From sequence record MN871446.1: a stretch of 64,000 nt of DNA. One strand, given 5' to 3'. The translations under genes and the position numbers were made by a program. The stretch is from Klebsiella phage KpLz-2_45. Shown one piece after another: positions 9,874-19,715 of this stretch (positions are counted from its first letter, which is position 1; each line of letters begins with the position of its first letter). The notes beneath the pieces are model-generated. The model worked only from the letters and a program-made list of their open reading frames with translations. It was not told the origin of the DNA and did not search any database.

Positions 9874-10872
9874 CTATAACACAACCGCGGCCGCGGTCGC
9901 ACCCAACACCGCCTTCTTCGTCAAGAAAGACAGTAACCATTTTCCGGCTTTCATCATAGTCGGTAGAATGGATTTAATAAATTCTCCGCCGGCTTTAATC
10001 CAGGCTGAGACCACTTTCGCTTTCTTCTCTTTATCTTCGCTTTGCTTCCCTTCCTTTAACGACGCCTTTTCCATCTCAAGTTCTTTCAAAGCTGCTTCTC
10101 GGGACGTATGGAACTTAATCCCTAACGGATTGTTTCCCGATATTGCATCTTCGAAAGAAAAGAAGCTTTTAGTCGCTAATAAGCGAAGTCCCTCCTTAAT
10201 TTTGCCGTAGTTTTGAACAGTGACGCCATCGGGCTCGTTAGACGCACGAGAGATATTGACTTTCAATACCTGGTTACCGATGGTATAATAAAGCCCTTCG
10301 ACAAATCGTTCTTTGTCGACAGCACTCACGACAATACCTGACACCTTACTGATTTTACACCCGATATCATCCTGGACAATATCGTGAATGGTTTCTTCAC
10401 GATCAACCAATGACGCTTTAGAAATCCGCATCCCTAAACCCGGGACGCTAATCTCCGACCCTAACGTATCGAAATCGCTTTCGTCTATCAAGAACACCAT
10501 ACGGTATTTGTAATGGTTTCTCGAGCAACGTAGGTCCTCGTCAAAGTGCACCATGCAGTTACCTTTGACAGCATCATAAAGGCCGAAGCTCGCCTCAGCA
10601 TAATTATTCTTCGGGTCGTCAATATTGACCGTATCAGTGCAATAGAGTACGGTAAGGTGGATGATCAAATACCCACGTAACTTTGCCGTTCCGTGAGAAA
10701 ATACAACATTGTCAGTCCCATCGGATTTCTGTACAGCAAGATCGTACCGATAGTTGTTAGTGATCTCCATGGTAACGGATAAATCACAATTCCCTGTACG
10801 GTAATCATTTGCCATCACTAGAAACTCATGGGGCATCTTTTCTTTTCGAGGATTATCTCTCTTATAGACCAT
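9874..10872 (-). CDS. hypothetical protein, 332 aa
   Basis: Long ORF with SD AGGAAG upstream. Confidence 0.75.
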   Translation of the reverse strand: MVYKRDNPRKEKMPHEFLVMANDYRTGNCDLSVTMEITNNYRYDLAVQKSDGTDNVVFSHGTAKLRGYLIIHLTVLYCTDTVNIDDPKNNYAEASFGLYDAVKGNCMVHFDEDLRCSRNHYKYRMVFLIDESDFDTLGSEISVPGLGMRISKASLVDREETIHDIVQDDIGCKISKVSGIVVSAVDKERFVEGLYYTIGNQVLKVNISRASNEPDGVTVQNYGKIKEGLRLLATKSFFSFEDAISGNNPLGIKFHTSREAALKELEMEKASLKEGKQSEDKEKKAKVVSAWIKAGGEFIKSILPTMMKAGKWLLSFLTKKAVLGATAAAVVL

Positions 10873-11002
10873 CCGTACTTCCTGTTAGTGAATTGAAATG
10901 GAACTTTCGTTCCGGCCAGTTTGGATCTTTCTCAAGGATCCTTCTATACACTCTCAATAAGGTAATATAGGTCTGAACATTTTTCGATTTGACGGACATA
11001 GA

Positions 11003-11032
11003 CCCAGTCTCCCGCCGAAGCGGGAGACTGGG
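11003..11032 (-). terminator. 13-bp perfect hairpin (CCCAGTCTCCCGC-CGAA-GCGGGAGACTGGG) downstream of capsid-candidate gene; terminator or RNA processing site
   Basis: Perfect 13-bp stem with a CGAA tetraloop 35 nt after the stop of 11067..13352. It lacks a clear U-tract. Confidence 0.4.
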
Positions 11033-11066
11033 CTAAGAGTTAGTAAACTAACTTACGCGCGTTAAC

Positions 11067-13352
11067 TTAGGACGCAGGAACAACCTGAGTTTCGTTAACG
11101 TCGAGCGCGGTACGCTGTGCGATCGCTTCTTCCAGGTTGACCACGTTGATGACCAGCATGATCGGCAGGAAGTTGAAATAGCGGTAGCGCGGGGTCAGGC
11201 GGATTTCTTTACCGATACGTTGGTTACGGATCATGTTGAAATCAACCAGGTATTCCGGGATGAAGCCCAGAACGCCGTGCTGCAGCGGATGCGGTTCAGA
11301 CTCGTTCGGCAGGATGAAAGTCATGACGATCTTGTCTTTCATACGCAGATCGGAGATACGCGCGATGGTGTAATCGTAACCGATACCCACGGTGCGGTCG
11401 TCGCCGTTGATCTGGATGTACTGCGGCAGACGCATGTCAGTACCGATCGCTACGTGCGGCTTCGGAGAACGGCCAGAGAAGGCAGCTTCCAGAGCAGCGG
11501 TGTAACCGGTCAGCTGATCTGCGGTGTAAACCATTTCGTTGATCTTGGACACGATCAGGCCCTGAATATCGCTCTGTTTTGCAGCAGAGGTCAGGCTGTT
11601 CAGATCGTTCAGAACATCGATGGTCGCTTCGTTGAAGTACGGACGCACGTAATACTGACCAACACCTTCCAGGCCCAGGTTGGACTCGATCGGGTGCGGA
11701 ACGCCAACGCCCAGATAGGACTTCAGGGTGTCTGCGCGGTTCAGCAGGGTGGTTACGGCGTTGTTACGCATCTGGATACGATACGCGGTGGTCAGAGCTT
11801 CCAGGCGCGGATAGGTTTTGTCGTCTTCAACCATGGCCGGTTTAACGATAACCAGCGGCGGCAGAGTCGGGATCATGAAACCTTGTTTCTGTACGTCGGA
11901 GTCAATCAGCAGACCCATTTCCAGCTGGTTGATGTTGGTCAGACGAGCTTCCAGGCTATAGCCTTCGCCTTTCACTTCCAGACCGGACAGTACCGCAGCA
12001 ACGCGCGAATCGGTCAGCGCGATTTCTTTACCGTCTTTGTCGAATACGCGAGCAACGCGCAGAGAACGCAGAGAGGTGTCGCCATTACCGTTTTCAACGT
12101 TCATTTCGCCGTCGATTTTCACGTCCAGCTCAACGCGATAACCCTGATCGAACAGAGAACCGAAGAGTTGGGATTCAGCGCCGTTCACCAGACGAGTCTG
12201 ATCGCCCAGACCGATAGCGGTGTGGAATTTCAGCTGCATCTGACGGAAGTTGTATTCGCGGGTCGCGGTGTACGCAGCGTACTGGTTCTGGTTAACGTCC
12301 AGCGCCAGCAGTTCAGTGGTGCCGCCTTTGGTGACGGAGACCAGCAGTTGTTTCAGGGCAATACGGCTGTCCAGGGAGTCGGTAAAGGTCATGGAACCTT
12401 TTTTCAGACGGGACGGCGTTTGCGCCAGCATCAGCAGGTTGAAGCCTTCGCCATTTTCGCTGAATTTCAGGAAGTTGGTATCGAAGGTGTCTTTACCCTG
12501 TTTCACGGTCTGCGCAGCCAGAACCGACGGGGCGATGAACTGGTCGTCGTTTTCGCCAGACTGGATAACCGGGATCAGCTCGGTGCTGTTGGTTTCCAGA
12601 GTGGTGTAATCCAGCAGGCCCTGCAGGATGTTACGCTTGATGATTTCTTGTTTCTCGCCGCCCAGACCTTCACCGGTCCAGCCTTCCCACACCATGTTAC
12701 GACGGATAGACAGCTGGAAGCCAGCCTGGTCCGGGGTCACGATATAGGTGCGATAGAACAGTTCAGCGAACTCGTGTTGTTTCGCTACGATCATGTTGAT
12801 CGCGTAGGAGTGTTCGCGCCATTTTTCGGTTTCTTTCTCGTCGAAAGATTCCAGAGACGGCAAGGAACCGGCCGGCAGGGTCGCGATGGAACCGTTAGCA
12901 CCCGCAGAAACGAATTCGTTAACACGAACGTCGTTTTCAAAGGACGGAATGCTGTAACCGTCACGGTAGTAAGCACGCGGTGCGTTGTGAGACATCGCCA
13001 GGACAGCAGCTGCTTCAACTGCAACTTCTTTCTGGTGTTCACGCAGTTCTTCACCGCCGTCAACAAAGCCTTCGCCTTCGCCGTCTACTGCATCAGCAGA
13101 TTCGGTGATGGAGCTGATCTGATCGACCGCGTCGTTCAGGGACTCTTTGACCGCTTCCAGGGTGGATTCTACTTCTTCCGGGTTTACGCCCAGTTCACCG
13201 TAGCTTTCCAGCGCAACAGACATGACACCAGCGGCAGCGCCCTGCGGCAGCAGGGTGTGGTTCTTTTCAACGGACTGGCGAACGCTGTCGACCAGTGATT
13301 TAATAGCACCAGCAGCGCCGGCGCCCAGTAGACCTTTTTTAGGACGTGCCAT
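11067..13352 (-). CDS. candidate major capsid protein, 761 aa
   Basis: Size is typical of phiKZ-like MCP (~750 aa). Codon usage is strongly optimised (CTG/GGT/CGT/GAA) unlike its neighbours, producing long spurious antisense ORFs. SD AAAGGAAC upstream and a strong hairpin downstream. No sequence-level verification was possible. Confidence 0.8.
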   Translation of the reverse strand: MARPKKGLLGAGAAGAIKSLVDSVRQSVEKNHTLLPQGAAAGVMSVALESYGELGVNPEEVESTLEAVKESLNDAVDQISSITESADAVDGEGEGFVDGGEELREHQKEVAVEAAAVLAMSHNAPRAYYRDGYSIPSFENDVRVNEFVSAGANGSIATLPAGSLPSLESFDEKETEKWREHSYAINMIVAKQHEFAELFYRTYIVTPDQAGFQLSIRRNMVWEGWTGEGLGGEKQEIIKRNILQGLLDYTTLETNSTELIPVIQSGENDDQFIAPSVLAAQTVKQGKDTFDTNFLKFSENGEGFNLLMLAQTPSRLKKGSMTFTDSLDSRIALKQLLVSVTKGGTTELLALDVNQNQYAAYTATREYNFRQMQLKFHTAIGLGDQTRLVNGAESQLFGSLFDQGYRVELDVKIDGEMNVENGNGDTSLRSLRVARVFDKDGKEIALTDSRVAAVLSGLEVKGEGYSLEARLTNINQLEMGLLIDSDVQKQGFMIPTLPPLVIVKPAMVEDDKTYPRLEALTTAYRIQMRNNAVTTLLNRADTLKSYLGVGVPHPIESNLGLEGVGQYYVRPYFNEATIDVLNDLNSLTSAAKQSDIQGLIVSKINEMVYTADQLTGYTAALEAAFSGRSPKPHVAIGTDMRLPQYIQINGDDRTVGIGYDYTIARISDLRMKDKIVMTFILPNESEPHPLQHGVLGFIPEYLVDFNMIRNQRIGKEIRLTPRYRYFNFLPIMLVINVVNLEEAIAQRTALDVNETQVVPAS

Positions 13353-13394
13353 TTTATTACGTTCCTTTAATAACGTTATTTTAGAAACTCTCTC

Positions 13395-13406
13395 GACAGC
13401 GCTGTC
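13395..13406 (-). promoter_or_regulatory. perfect 12-bp palindrome GACAGCGCTGTC overlapping a TTGACA hexamer upstream of the capsid-candidate gene (promoter/operator candidate)
   Basis: Minus-strand read ...TTGACAGCGCTGTCGAGAGAGTTTCTAAAATAACG...AAAGGAACGTAATAAAATG. TTGACA, 17-18 nt, TAAAAT arrangement. Confidence 0.3.
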
Positions 13407-13466
13407 AAGAAATTGTCATATGATTCAATAAACACGAATGCAGTAATGTTTCATAATATACTACAA

Positions 13467-14027
13467 TTAGCCGGATACCGCTACACGAAGGTAACGTTTA
13501 AAGAATTCGTATTGTTTGAATTCCCCGTACTCCAATTTACCACCGACGGTTTCCAATAAAGCATTGAAGAAAGCACGCTCATCCTGAAAAACCGGGACAC
13601 GGCTCCCTATAAGAACTAATGTATCGGAATCCACCAGTAACGGCAGGTAATACTCTTTCGCCATCAAACCCGTTGCCTGGAATGAGAGCGGCGATTCGTT
13701 CTTTTCGGCTAGAGCGTCTGACACATTAACAGAGATACGCACGTTCTCAACCTTTTTACTGCGATCGGCGAGGAACAGCGCGTTGGCATCGGTCGAAGCA
13801 ATAGAAGGAATATCTTCGAAAGCGCGATCCGTGAAGGCATTCACGAAATTCTGCGTCAGCGCATAAATAATGACTTGCTCCTCTGATAATATAGAAGACT
13901 TCGTCTCCAACAATTTAGAAAAGCAAAGAAGATCTTGATAGCTGAGGTCCGGGGATGCGGTGACTACCTCATCCAACCAACTCGGAACCACCGCGACACG
14001 AAGACGTTTTATTGGTGTGATCTTCAT
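13467..14027 (-). CDS. hypothetical protein, 186 aa
   Basis: ORF immediately upstream of the capsid-candidate gene on the same strand. Confidence 0.65.
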   Translation of the reverse strand: MKITPIKRLRVAVVPSWLDEVVTASPDLSYQDLLCFSKLLETKSSILSEEQVIIYALTQNFVNAFTDRAFEDIPSIASTDANALFLADRSKKVENVRISVNVSDALAEKNESPLSFQATGLMAKEYYLPLLVDSDTLVLIGSRVPVFQDERAFFNALLETVGGKLEYGEFKQYEFFKRYLRVAVSG

Positions 14028-14084
14028 AACGGCCCCTGTGGGTGAAAAATATTTTTTAACATAAAATTTGAGTGAGATGGAACC

Positions 14085-15644
14085 ATGAATTATAAAATGA
14101 CGATTGTGAACGCCTTGGCGCTGTTGTTCTGGGAAAACCAGATTAGTTCAGGAAGCGATAGTAAGGCACTCGTCAAGAATATCATGCAGTATGCTAACCC
14201 CGGTAAAAACTCCACCGACAGTGACAGAGTAAAAGAAATTTACGAAGGGTTACAAGTTCTCATTCTTAAGATGACGTCACGTCAGGATCTTTGTAAGAAT
14301 AGAGAACTCATTGTACAGAACGTCAGAATGATTGCAGCGGATGAACCTTACGTTGTCGACATTGTTGAAGGGGCACTCGATTTACACTTAGACGAAGCCG
14401 CCATCAAAAACCATTGTCGTCTCCTGATTCAGGAGTTAAACGACGTCATACGTAAAGCAGAGTTTCGCAAACGCTTCCAAGAATTCAGTAAAGATGTGCT
14501 TTACGGTGACGGGGAATTTCAGCTGAACGAAGTCGCCAGAAGCATGATCACGCATTTTGAAGGTTATGCGCACGATAAAAGTGATAAGCCTGAACATACA
14601 CCAGGCGTTATGGATTTCGTTGACTTCAACGATGAAGAATCCCTGAAAGCAATCTTCACCCGAGCCCGTGACCAGATCTCTCCGGACGAGATTATCAAGT
14701 TTGGTCTCCAGGGGCTCAACCGGATGTTTGGTGAGCAAATGGGTGGTCGTCGCGGTGAGATGGTTTTAGTCGGGGGTTTACAACACCATTTCAAATCGGG
14801 TCTGACAATGATGATGACTCGGGGCGCAGCACTTTATAATATCCCTAAATTAAAAGACCCGACGAAGAAACCGGCAATCGTACTGATATCGTCTGAGAAC
14901 GACCTGCCGATCAACATGCAAACCATGTATAAGCAATGTGTTGAACCGACGTTAGGACGTCAGATTAAGAAGAACGAAATTGATCCTAATATTGCAGCAC
15001 AGTTCATGAAAGAGAAGTTTGCCGAGAATGGTTGGCATTTCTTGATGTTCCGCATTAACCCGGATGAATTCACTTTCTCTTCACTGCAATCGTTGACGTT
15101 AGGTCTCGAAGCAGACGGTTACGAAATTGTCGTCATGACGTTCGACTATTTGGCGATGATGTCCAGTAAAGGTTTTGATAACGGTGGAATCACTGGACGT
15201 GAGAAACAAGCCATGTTTAAACGCACCCGTAACTTTATGGTCATGCGTCATGTTCTGTTTATCACGCCTCACCAGTTGTCAACCGAAGCCTTGAGCATCG
15301 AACGTGATCGCCCTGGGCAGTTCCTTAATGAGATACTTAACCGAGCTTACTATAACGAATGTAAAACCATCGCTCAGGAAGTAGACTTTGAAGTCAATAT
15401 CCAAAAACAAATTGTCGATGGCGTCGCGTATTTAAACTTGGGGCGCGGTAAACACCGTGGGGTAGATAACACACCAATTCAGGATCAACGTTGTACCTAC
15501 CGCTTTACGGACATTGGGATTCCTGATGACATTTACACCGAAGACCAATCGATGAAAAAACCAGGTGCCCAGACCGCAGGACAGGGTGGGGGTGCAGCTT
15601 GGTTCCAAACTAACGACCAACTCAACGATTTCGTACTCAACTAA
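14085..15644 (+). CDS. hypothetical protein, 519 aa
   Basis: Long ORF divergent from 13467..14027 and followed by an intrinsic terminator. Confidence 0.8.
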   Translation: MNYKMTIVNALALLFWENQISSGSDSKALVKNIMQYANPGKNSTDSDRVKEIYEGLQVLILKMTSRQDLCKNRELIVQNVRMIAADEPYVVDIVEGALDLHLDEAAIKNHCRLLIQELNDVIRKAEFRKRFQEFSKDVLYGDGEFQLNEVARSMITHFEGYAHDKSDKPEHTPGVMDFVDFNDEESLKAIFTRARDQISPDEIIKFGLQGLNRMFGEQMGGRRGEMVLVGGLQHHFKSGLTMMMTRGAALYNIPKLKDPTKKPAIVLISSENDLPINMQTMYKQCVEPTLGRQIKKNEIDPNIAAQFMKEKFAENGWHFLMFRINPDEFTFSSLQSLTLGLEADGYEIVVMTFDYLAMMSSKGFDNGGITGREKQAMFKRTRNFMVMRHVLFITPHQLSTEALSIERDRPGQFLNEILNRAYYNECKTIAQEVDFEVNIQKQIVDGVAYLNLGRGKHRGVDNTPIQDQRCTYRFTDIGIPDDIYTEDQSMKKPGAQTAGQGGGAAWFQTNDQLNDFVLN

Positions 15645-15684
15645 TTCATTCATAACCTTTTCACTCAATAACGGCATAGTGCCG

Positions 15685-15724
15685 CTCCCATGGATAGCGA
15701 AAGCTATCCATGGGAGGCTTTTTA
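15685..15724 (+). terminator. intrinsic terminator (CTCCCATGGATAGC-GAAA-GCTATCCATGGGAG + TTTTT)
   Basis: 14-bp stem with GAAA loop followed by a T5 run, directly after the stop of 14085..15644. Confidence 0.75.
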
Positions 15725-15726
15725 GT

Positions 15727-16089
15727 TTATACGCTTTTTAGCGGATTCAGTTTGTCTACTTCGGGGTTACACGGGTACTGCTGTTTGAGCTTGCGGTAAA
15801 GACACCCTTTATACCGTGTCAGGTTATCCTCCACCAACTTCAGTAATTCATCGCCGGTATAGTCCGCACCTTCGTCTCCCGTAAAGAAACCGACGTAGAT
15901 CAGATGGAGACAGATAGCGGCGGTACTGTCCTGCTGTTGATGTTTGTATTTGAGCAGTTCTAACATTTCACTGGCCGACTTGATCACGAAATGATCTATT
16001 TTATCGATGAGTCGGTAGACGTGTTCTATCTGTTCTGTTGTTGTCATACGTTCCATACGACGTTCGCCAAGATTAATCAAGTCAGCCAT
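15727..16089 (-). CDS. hypothetical protein, 120 aa
   Basis: ORF with SD AAGGATAA upstream of its ATG. Confidence 0.6.
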   Translation of the reverse strand: MADLINLGERRMERMTTTEQIEHVYRLIDKIDHFVIKSASEMLELLKYKHQQQDSTAAICLHLIYVGFFTGDEGADYTGDELLKLVEDNLTRYKGCLYRKLKQQYPCNPEVDKLNPLKSV

Positions 16090-16092
16090 AGA

Positions 16093-16266
16093 TTATCCTT
16101 CAGTTAGTTCTGCATACCGTTGTGCGATTTGATTGTCAGACATATTGGCCAGTTGAGCTTCGGTATAACCGAAACGATACTGTAACACGGTTTCCTGGTA
16201 GGCACGTGGAGAGAGTTCAACCTCACCGCCCGCGTCGATATGGTAAGATACCTTATTATCGCTCAT
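16093..16266 (-). CDS. small hypothetical protein, 57 aa (MSDNKVSYHIDAGGEVELSPRAYQETVLQYRFGYTEAQLANMSDNQIAQRYAELTEG)
   Basis: Short ORF below the ORF-track threshold, found by manual translation. Its stop lies 4 nt before the start of the next gene on the same strand. Confidence 0.35.
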   Translation of the reverse strand: MSDNKVSYHIDAGGEVELSPRAYQETVLQYRFGYTEAQLANMSDNQIAQRYAELTEG

Positions 16267-16298
16267 TCTCGTGATTCCTCATTAAGAAATAAAAAGTC

Positions 16299-16324
16299 CA
16301 CTGGTGAGGAAACCCTCACCAGTG
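16299..16324 (-). terminator. intrinsic terminator after 16348..17175
   Basis: Minus-strand read CACTGGTGAGG-GTTT-CCTCACCAGTG followed by GACTTTTTATTTCTT. Confidence 0.65.
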
Positions 16325-16347
16325 TAACCAAATGGTTTCTAATCTCA

Positions 16348-17175
16348 TCAGAAGTCGAAACGTAGGATATACGACAGAACAGGATTGCAGTAAACTGCCG
16401 CATCGGTCAATACCGCTAAACGCCGTGACCAGAATTGCTTTGTCAATTTCGTTTTATCGGTTAAGGCTTTCGCCATTACCCCATAAAGCGAATAAGCGAT
16501 GCCTCTGGCCTGCGACTGCATTTCAAATGCAGCACGTTCTTTACCGAAACTATAACCTTGTCCTGGGAAGTAAAGACTGAAGCTTTCTTCCTGATACGGG
16601 AAACGATTGACGGCAAAAGCCGACCAATCATCGATCTTCGTTAACCACGTTTCAATTTCATAATAATCCTTCCCGCGTAAAAAGAAATCCGGGGATTCAT
16701 TATTCACTAACGCAGCACGTTCCGCGTAAGTGGGTGGATCGTTACCGAACAGCACTTTGACACAGATATCTTCCGGATGAACTTTGTCTACCCAGACCAA
16801 CTCCGTATTCCACGCATAGAGCCATGAAAAGAGTTTTTGAATATGGGTACGAATGAGTTCATCGCTTTGATCGGTATCAAAACTGACGGTCTCCAAAAAG
16901 TTAACAATTTCTTGCGTGGCTTCGATAGCCATAGGGTAACGATCAAGTAAAGGTTCGTAGACCCCGTCCTTTGGAAACGTCGGCATGATATAGCCATCGA
17001 CTAATGAAATCGCGTAATTGATCGTGTTGTGTCCCCACGGGTCGCTGAAACACGGATTCAGTACTTCGTCGATAGTGAGAAGCTGGCGTTGATTGTACGT
17101 CTTGGTTCGGGCCAAGGAGTCAGTAATCCATTCCTTGACCTTCGGTACCCATTTCTGGTTCTCGGGATAAAGCAT
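16348..17175 (-). CDS. hypothetical protein, 275 aa
   Basis: Long ORF. Confidence 0.75.
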   Translation of the reverse strand: MLYPENQKWVPKVKEWITDSLARTKTYNQRQLLTIDEVLNPCFSDPWGHNTINYAISLVDGYIMPTFPKDGVYEPLLDRYPMAIEATQEIVNFLETVSFDTDQSDELIRTHIQKLFSWLYAWNTELVWVDKVHPEDICVKVLFGNDPPTYAERAALVNNESPDFFLRGKDYYEIETWLTKIDDWSAFAVNRFPYQEESFSLYFPGQGYSFGKERAAFEMQSQARGIAYSLYGVMAKALTDKTKLTKQFWSRRLAVLTDAAVYCNPVLSYILRFDF

Positions 17176-17755
17176 AAAGACTCCTGTCTGACGACAAAGG
17201 CGGGAAAATGATTAAGTGCGTAAAACGAGAAAGATGATCAAAGTCAACGAAGCCACCTTGGGCGAGATAGAACCCTAAAGCAACCTTGTCTTTGCGCACA
17301 ACGATTAACTTGATTGCGTGATTCTTTTTCGCCGCTCGAATCGATTGGAGTAATTTAGTTCCTAATCCTTGTCCTCGATATTTTTGACCGATGATCAATG
17401 TGTCGATGACGGGGTGTTGATCAATCAAACTGACTGCATACCCGACGACTCTTCCGCCATCGCGCAGCAGCCATAATTCAACTGATTTCTGATGGACGTC
17501 CATCACCTCAAGTACGGCTTCAGTAAACGTCTGGATTTGTAACCGATGACAATTGACTTTATTAAGATGCTGTTGTAGTTCCGACGTGAGTTTATTCAGC
17601 TGGGCGAGTTCACTCCCGTTTAAATTAAATTCTTCGTCTGGATTTAATACCCTGTGCTCTACCTGTAGTTCGGTTAAGGTTTCGCCAGGAAAAAGGTGAG
17701 TAAAGCGGCTGATACTTGTAATTTTTGCATCAGCCCTGGAGTTTCCGTGTTCCAC
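17120..17755 (-). CDS. GNAT-family N-acetyltransferase (start uncertain; the listed frame overlaps the upstream gene by 82 nt)
   Basis: Acetyl-CoA binding motif IGQKYRGQGLGTKLL (R/Q-x-x-G-x-G/A) followed by FYLAQGF. Confidence 0.65.
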   Translation of the reverse strand: MEHGNSRADAKITSISRFTHLFPGETLTELQVEHRVLNPDEEFNLNGSELAQLNKLTSELQQHLNKVNCHRLQIQTFTEAVLEVMDVHQKSVELWLLRDGGRVVGYAVSLIDQHPVIDTLIIGQKYRGQGLGTKLLQSIRAAKKNHAIKLIVVRKDKVALGFYLAQGGFVDFDHLSRFTHLIIFPPLSSDRSLYALSREPEMGTEGQGMDY

Positions 17756-19017
17756 TGTTCTTCTGCCCGTATAAGTGTACCTTCAAGGATCGTTGTCACT
17801 GACCCATTGTCGTAGTAAACGCGAACTGGCATTCCGGGGGTAAGTAACCGGATGTCAGACCGCTCCCATTTCACTGCCATGATCAGCCCGTCGTACGCAG
17901 CGATACGCGATTGTTCTCTCGCTAGGTTATCCGTAATAGGATTATCTGAAACATGGGCAATTGTTAACCCGTCGCTACGGGGCTTGCGCATGATATCGAC
18001 AGAGACCGCTTCACGGTTGTAAACCGCGCGGTTATCGCCATCAACCACCACCGGACTCTCAAAGAAATTACTGGCTTTCTGGAAGTGAACACCGTTACCA
18101 GACGACACGTTACCGGAGACAGAGATATCTTGTGTCTTTGCGCCACCGGTGGCGATGACCTTTAACGTTGACCCTTCCCACTTATACGTGCAATCTGCCG
18201 TGGGGAGTTTTAGCGAATCCGCCACAAAGACCGAGAGGCGTTTTTCGGTTTTAGTAAACCGTTGCGTGTTGTACAACGGGAAAATAAACCACCGCTGATT
18301 CTCAATAAACGAACCGATACCGTGGTTATACAACCCGCCCTCTTTCACCTGAAGATAATGCGGTAAACTCGTCATCTTCACTTGATGGTCAACGATGATC
18401 TGTTCACGGATCGCGCTTTCTCCGGTGACATCAGCATCAACCATCTCCAGCCCTAAGAGCGGCGGAAGACCCGCTTGCTTGTCCTCGTTCGTTTTCGCAA
18501 TGATATACGCCCGTAGGACGTCACTGGCGGTACTGAAGCGGAATACACCCTGTGCCGATTTAGCCGACATGCTCAATGCGATCGGGTCGACTAACTGTAC
18601 GTGAAAGATTCGGAGATCATCAGAACCGTCTGTGTAAGGCGTCGATTGTAATCCGGGTGTCCCGCCTAATGAGGCGATTTCGTTATTCGAAAAGAATGCC
18701 CGGTATGTCGTCTGAATGGTAAGGCCATTACTGAACTTCACTTCGGACACCGCATCCACCTGTTCCTGGAACAGTGTCAGGTAGAGATTGTCTCTGACTG
18801 CAAAGAGCTGATTAAAGTCTTTTGTAATCATGGCAATCTCAAGGGTGATATTCGAACAAAAACGCTCACCGTACTCCGATCGGATTCGTTTCCCGATAAC
18901 AGCCTTTACGGGATACTGAACGCCTTGCACCGTAAAGATTGCCCGGAGTTGGTAACGAGGGTTGGCGCCACTCGCCGCCAATGTCATGATTTGCTGGCGA
19001 AGTAATTGAGTATTCAT
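17674..19017 (-). CDS. hypothetical (structural-module) protein, 447 aa
   Basis: Long ORF in a tightly packed minus-strand block. Confidence 0.75.
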   Translation of the reverse strand: MNTQLLRQQIMTLAASGANPRYQLRAIFTVQGVQYPVKAVIGKRIRSEYGERFCSNITLEIAMITKDFNQLFAVRDNLYLTLFQEQVDAVSEVKFSNGLTIQTTYRAFFSNNEIASLGGTPGLQSTPYTDGSDDLRIFHVQLVDPIALSMSAKSAQGVFRFSTASDVLRAYIIAKTNEDKQAGLPPLLGLEMVDADVTGESAIREQIIVDHQVKMTSLPHYLQVKEGGLYNHGIGSFIENQRWFIFPLYNTQRFTKTEKRLSVFVADSLKLPTADCTYKWEGSTLKVIATGGAKTQDISVSGNVSSGNGVHFQKASNFFESPVVVDGDNRAVYNREAVSVDIMRKPRSDGLTIAHVSDNPITDNLAREQSRIAAYDGLIMAVKWERSDIRLLTPGMPVRVYYDNGSVTTILEGTLIRAEEQWNTETPGLMQKLQVSAALLTFFLAKP

Positions 19018-19715
19018 GAACGGTACCTCTTACGTTTCTTGAGGACGTCGTAATCAATACGTTCTTCGATAGGGATATAATCCGCCGCACTGCGTTTAGA
19101 GACCACCGCTTTTTGACCGAAAGGATCGAGGCCGATCGCGGGTGCAGCACTCTTGATAACCTTAGCCAATCCAGTGACGTTATCGTCTTTGCCGTGTTGA
19201 CGGACTTTGTTGTAAATCTGGCGAGCGAATTCGTCCATCTTACGAAGATCTTCTAAACGCTGCTGTGTGACACTTGGGTCTTCTCTGCGAAGGCCGTACT
19301 GCTGCGATTGGTGCCAACGCGTACAGTCTGCTAAATGTTCCTGTATGATTTTGTTGATCTTCTCGGCATCAACCATACCGTTGACCAGCTCCATCGCCAC
19401 GCCGTCATGCCATAACTCCACCATCTCCGCAATCGTTCGCCAGACCACGGTAGGACGTTTTGCTGCCTGTGCATCAATATCCGCATAACCGGTTGTAAAC
19501 ATCCCGCGAGAATGAACATCGTTTTCGTCCATGGCATCCACAACGGACATCCTCACGCTAAACATTTTGTCAAAGATAATCTGACCTGCAGTTTTTGGTT
19601 TGGTGCGTGCGGTTTCAATGACCACGGTTGTCGTCATTACGATAACCCTCTTAAAGCGGCAGGGATCAACGCGTAAAGGATCGGCAAGTAATAGAACTGG
19701 TTCAAGTCGTCCCAA
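19014..19715 (-). CDS. hypothetical protein, 233 aa
   Basis: ORF whose start (ATGA) overlaps the upstream stop. Confidence 0.7.
   Translation of the reverse strand: MGRLEPVLLLADPLRVDPCRFKRVIVMTTTVVIETARTKPKTAGQIIFDKMFSVRMSVVDAMDENDVHSRGMFTTGYADIDAQAAKRPTVVWRTIAEMVELWHDGVAMELVNGMVDAEKINKIIQEHLADCTRWHQSQQYGLRREDPSVTQQRLEDLRKMDEFARQIYNKVRQHGKDDNVTGLAKVIKSAAPAIGLDPFGQKAVVSKRSAADYIPIEERIDYDVLKKRKRYRS

Noticed and set aside
11220-13298. 692-aa plus-strand ORF antisense to the capsid-candidate gene
   Set aside because: Composition is implausible (runs of V/R/F/Q/H, low complexity) and there is no RBS. It is a by-product of the strongly GC3-biased, codon-optimised minus-strand gene. The minus-strand 761-aa protein has a natural sequence and an SD.
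17674-17755. 82-nt overlap between 17674..19017 and the GNAT ORF considered as programmed frameshift or fusion
   Set aside because: It is more simply explained by an upstream in-frame extension of the GNAT ORF. The true GNAT start is probably an internal Met. No slippery heptamer was noticed.
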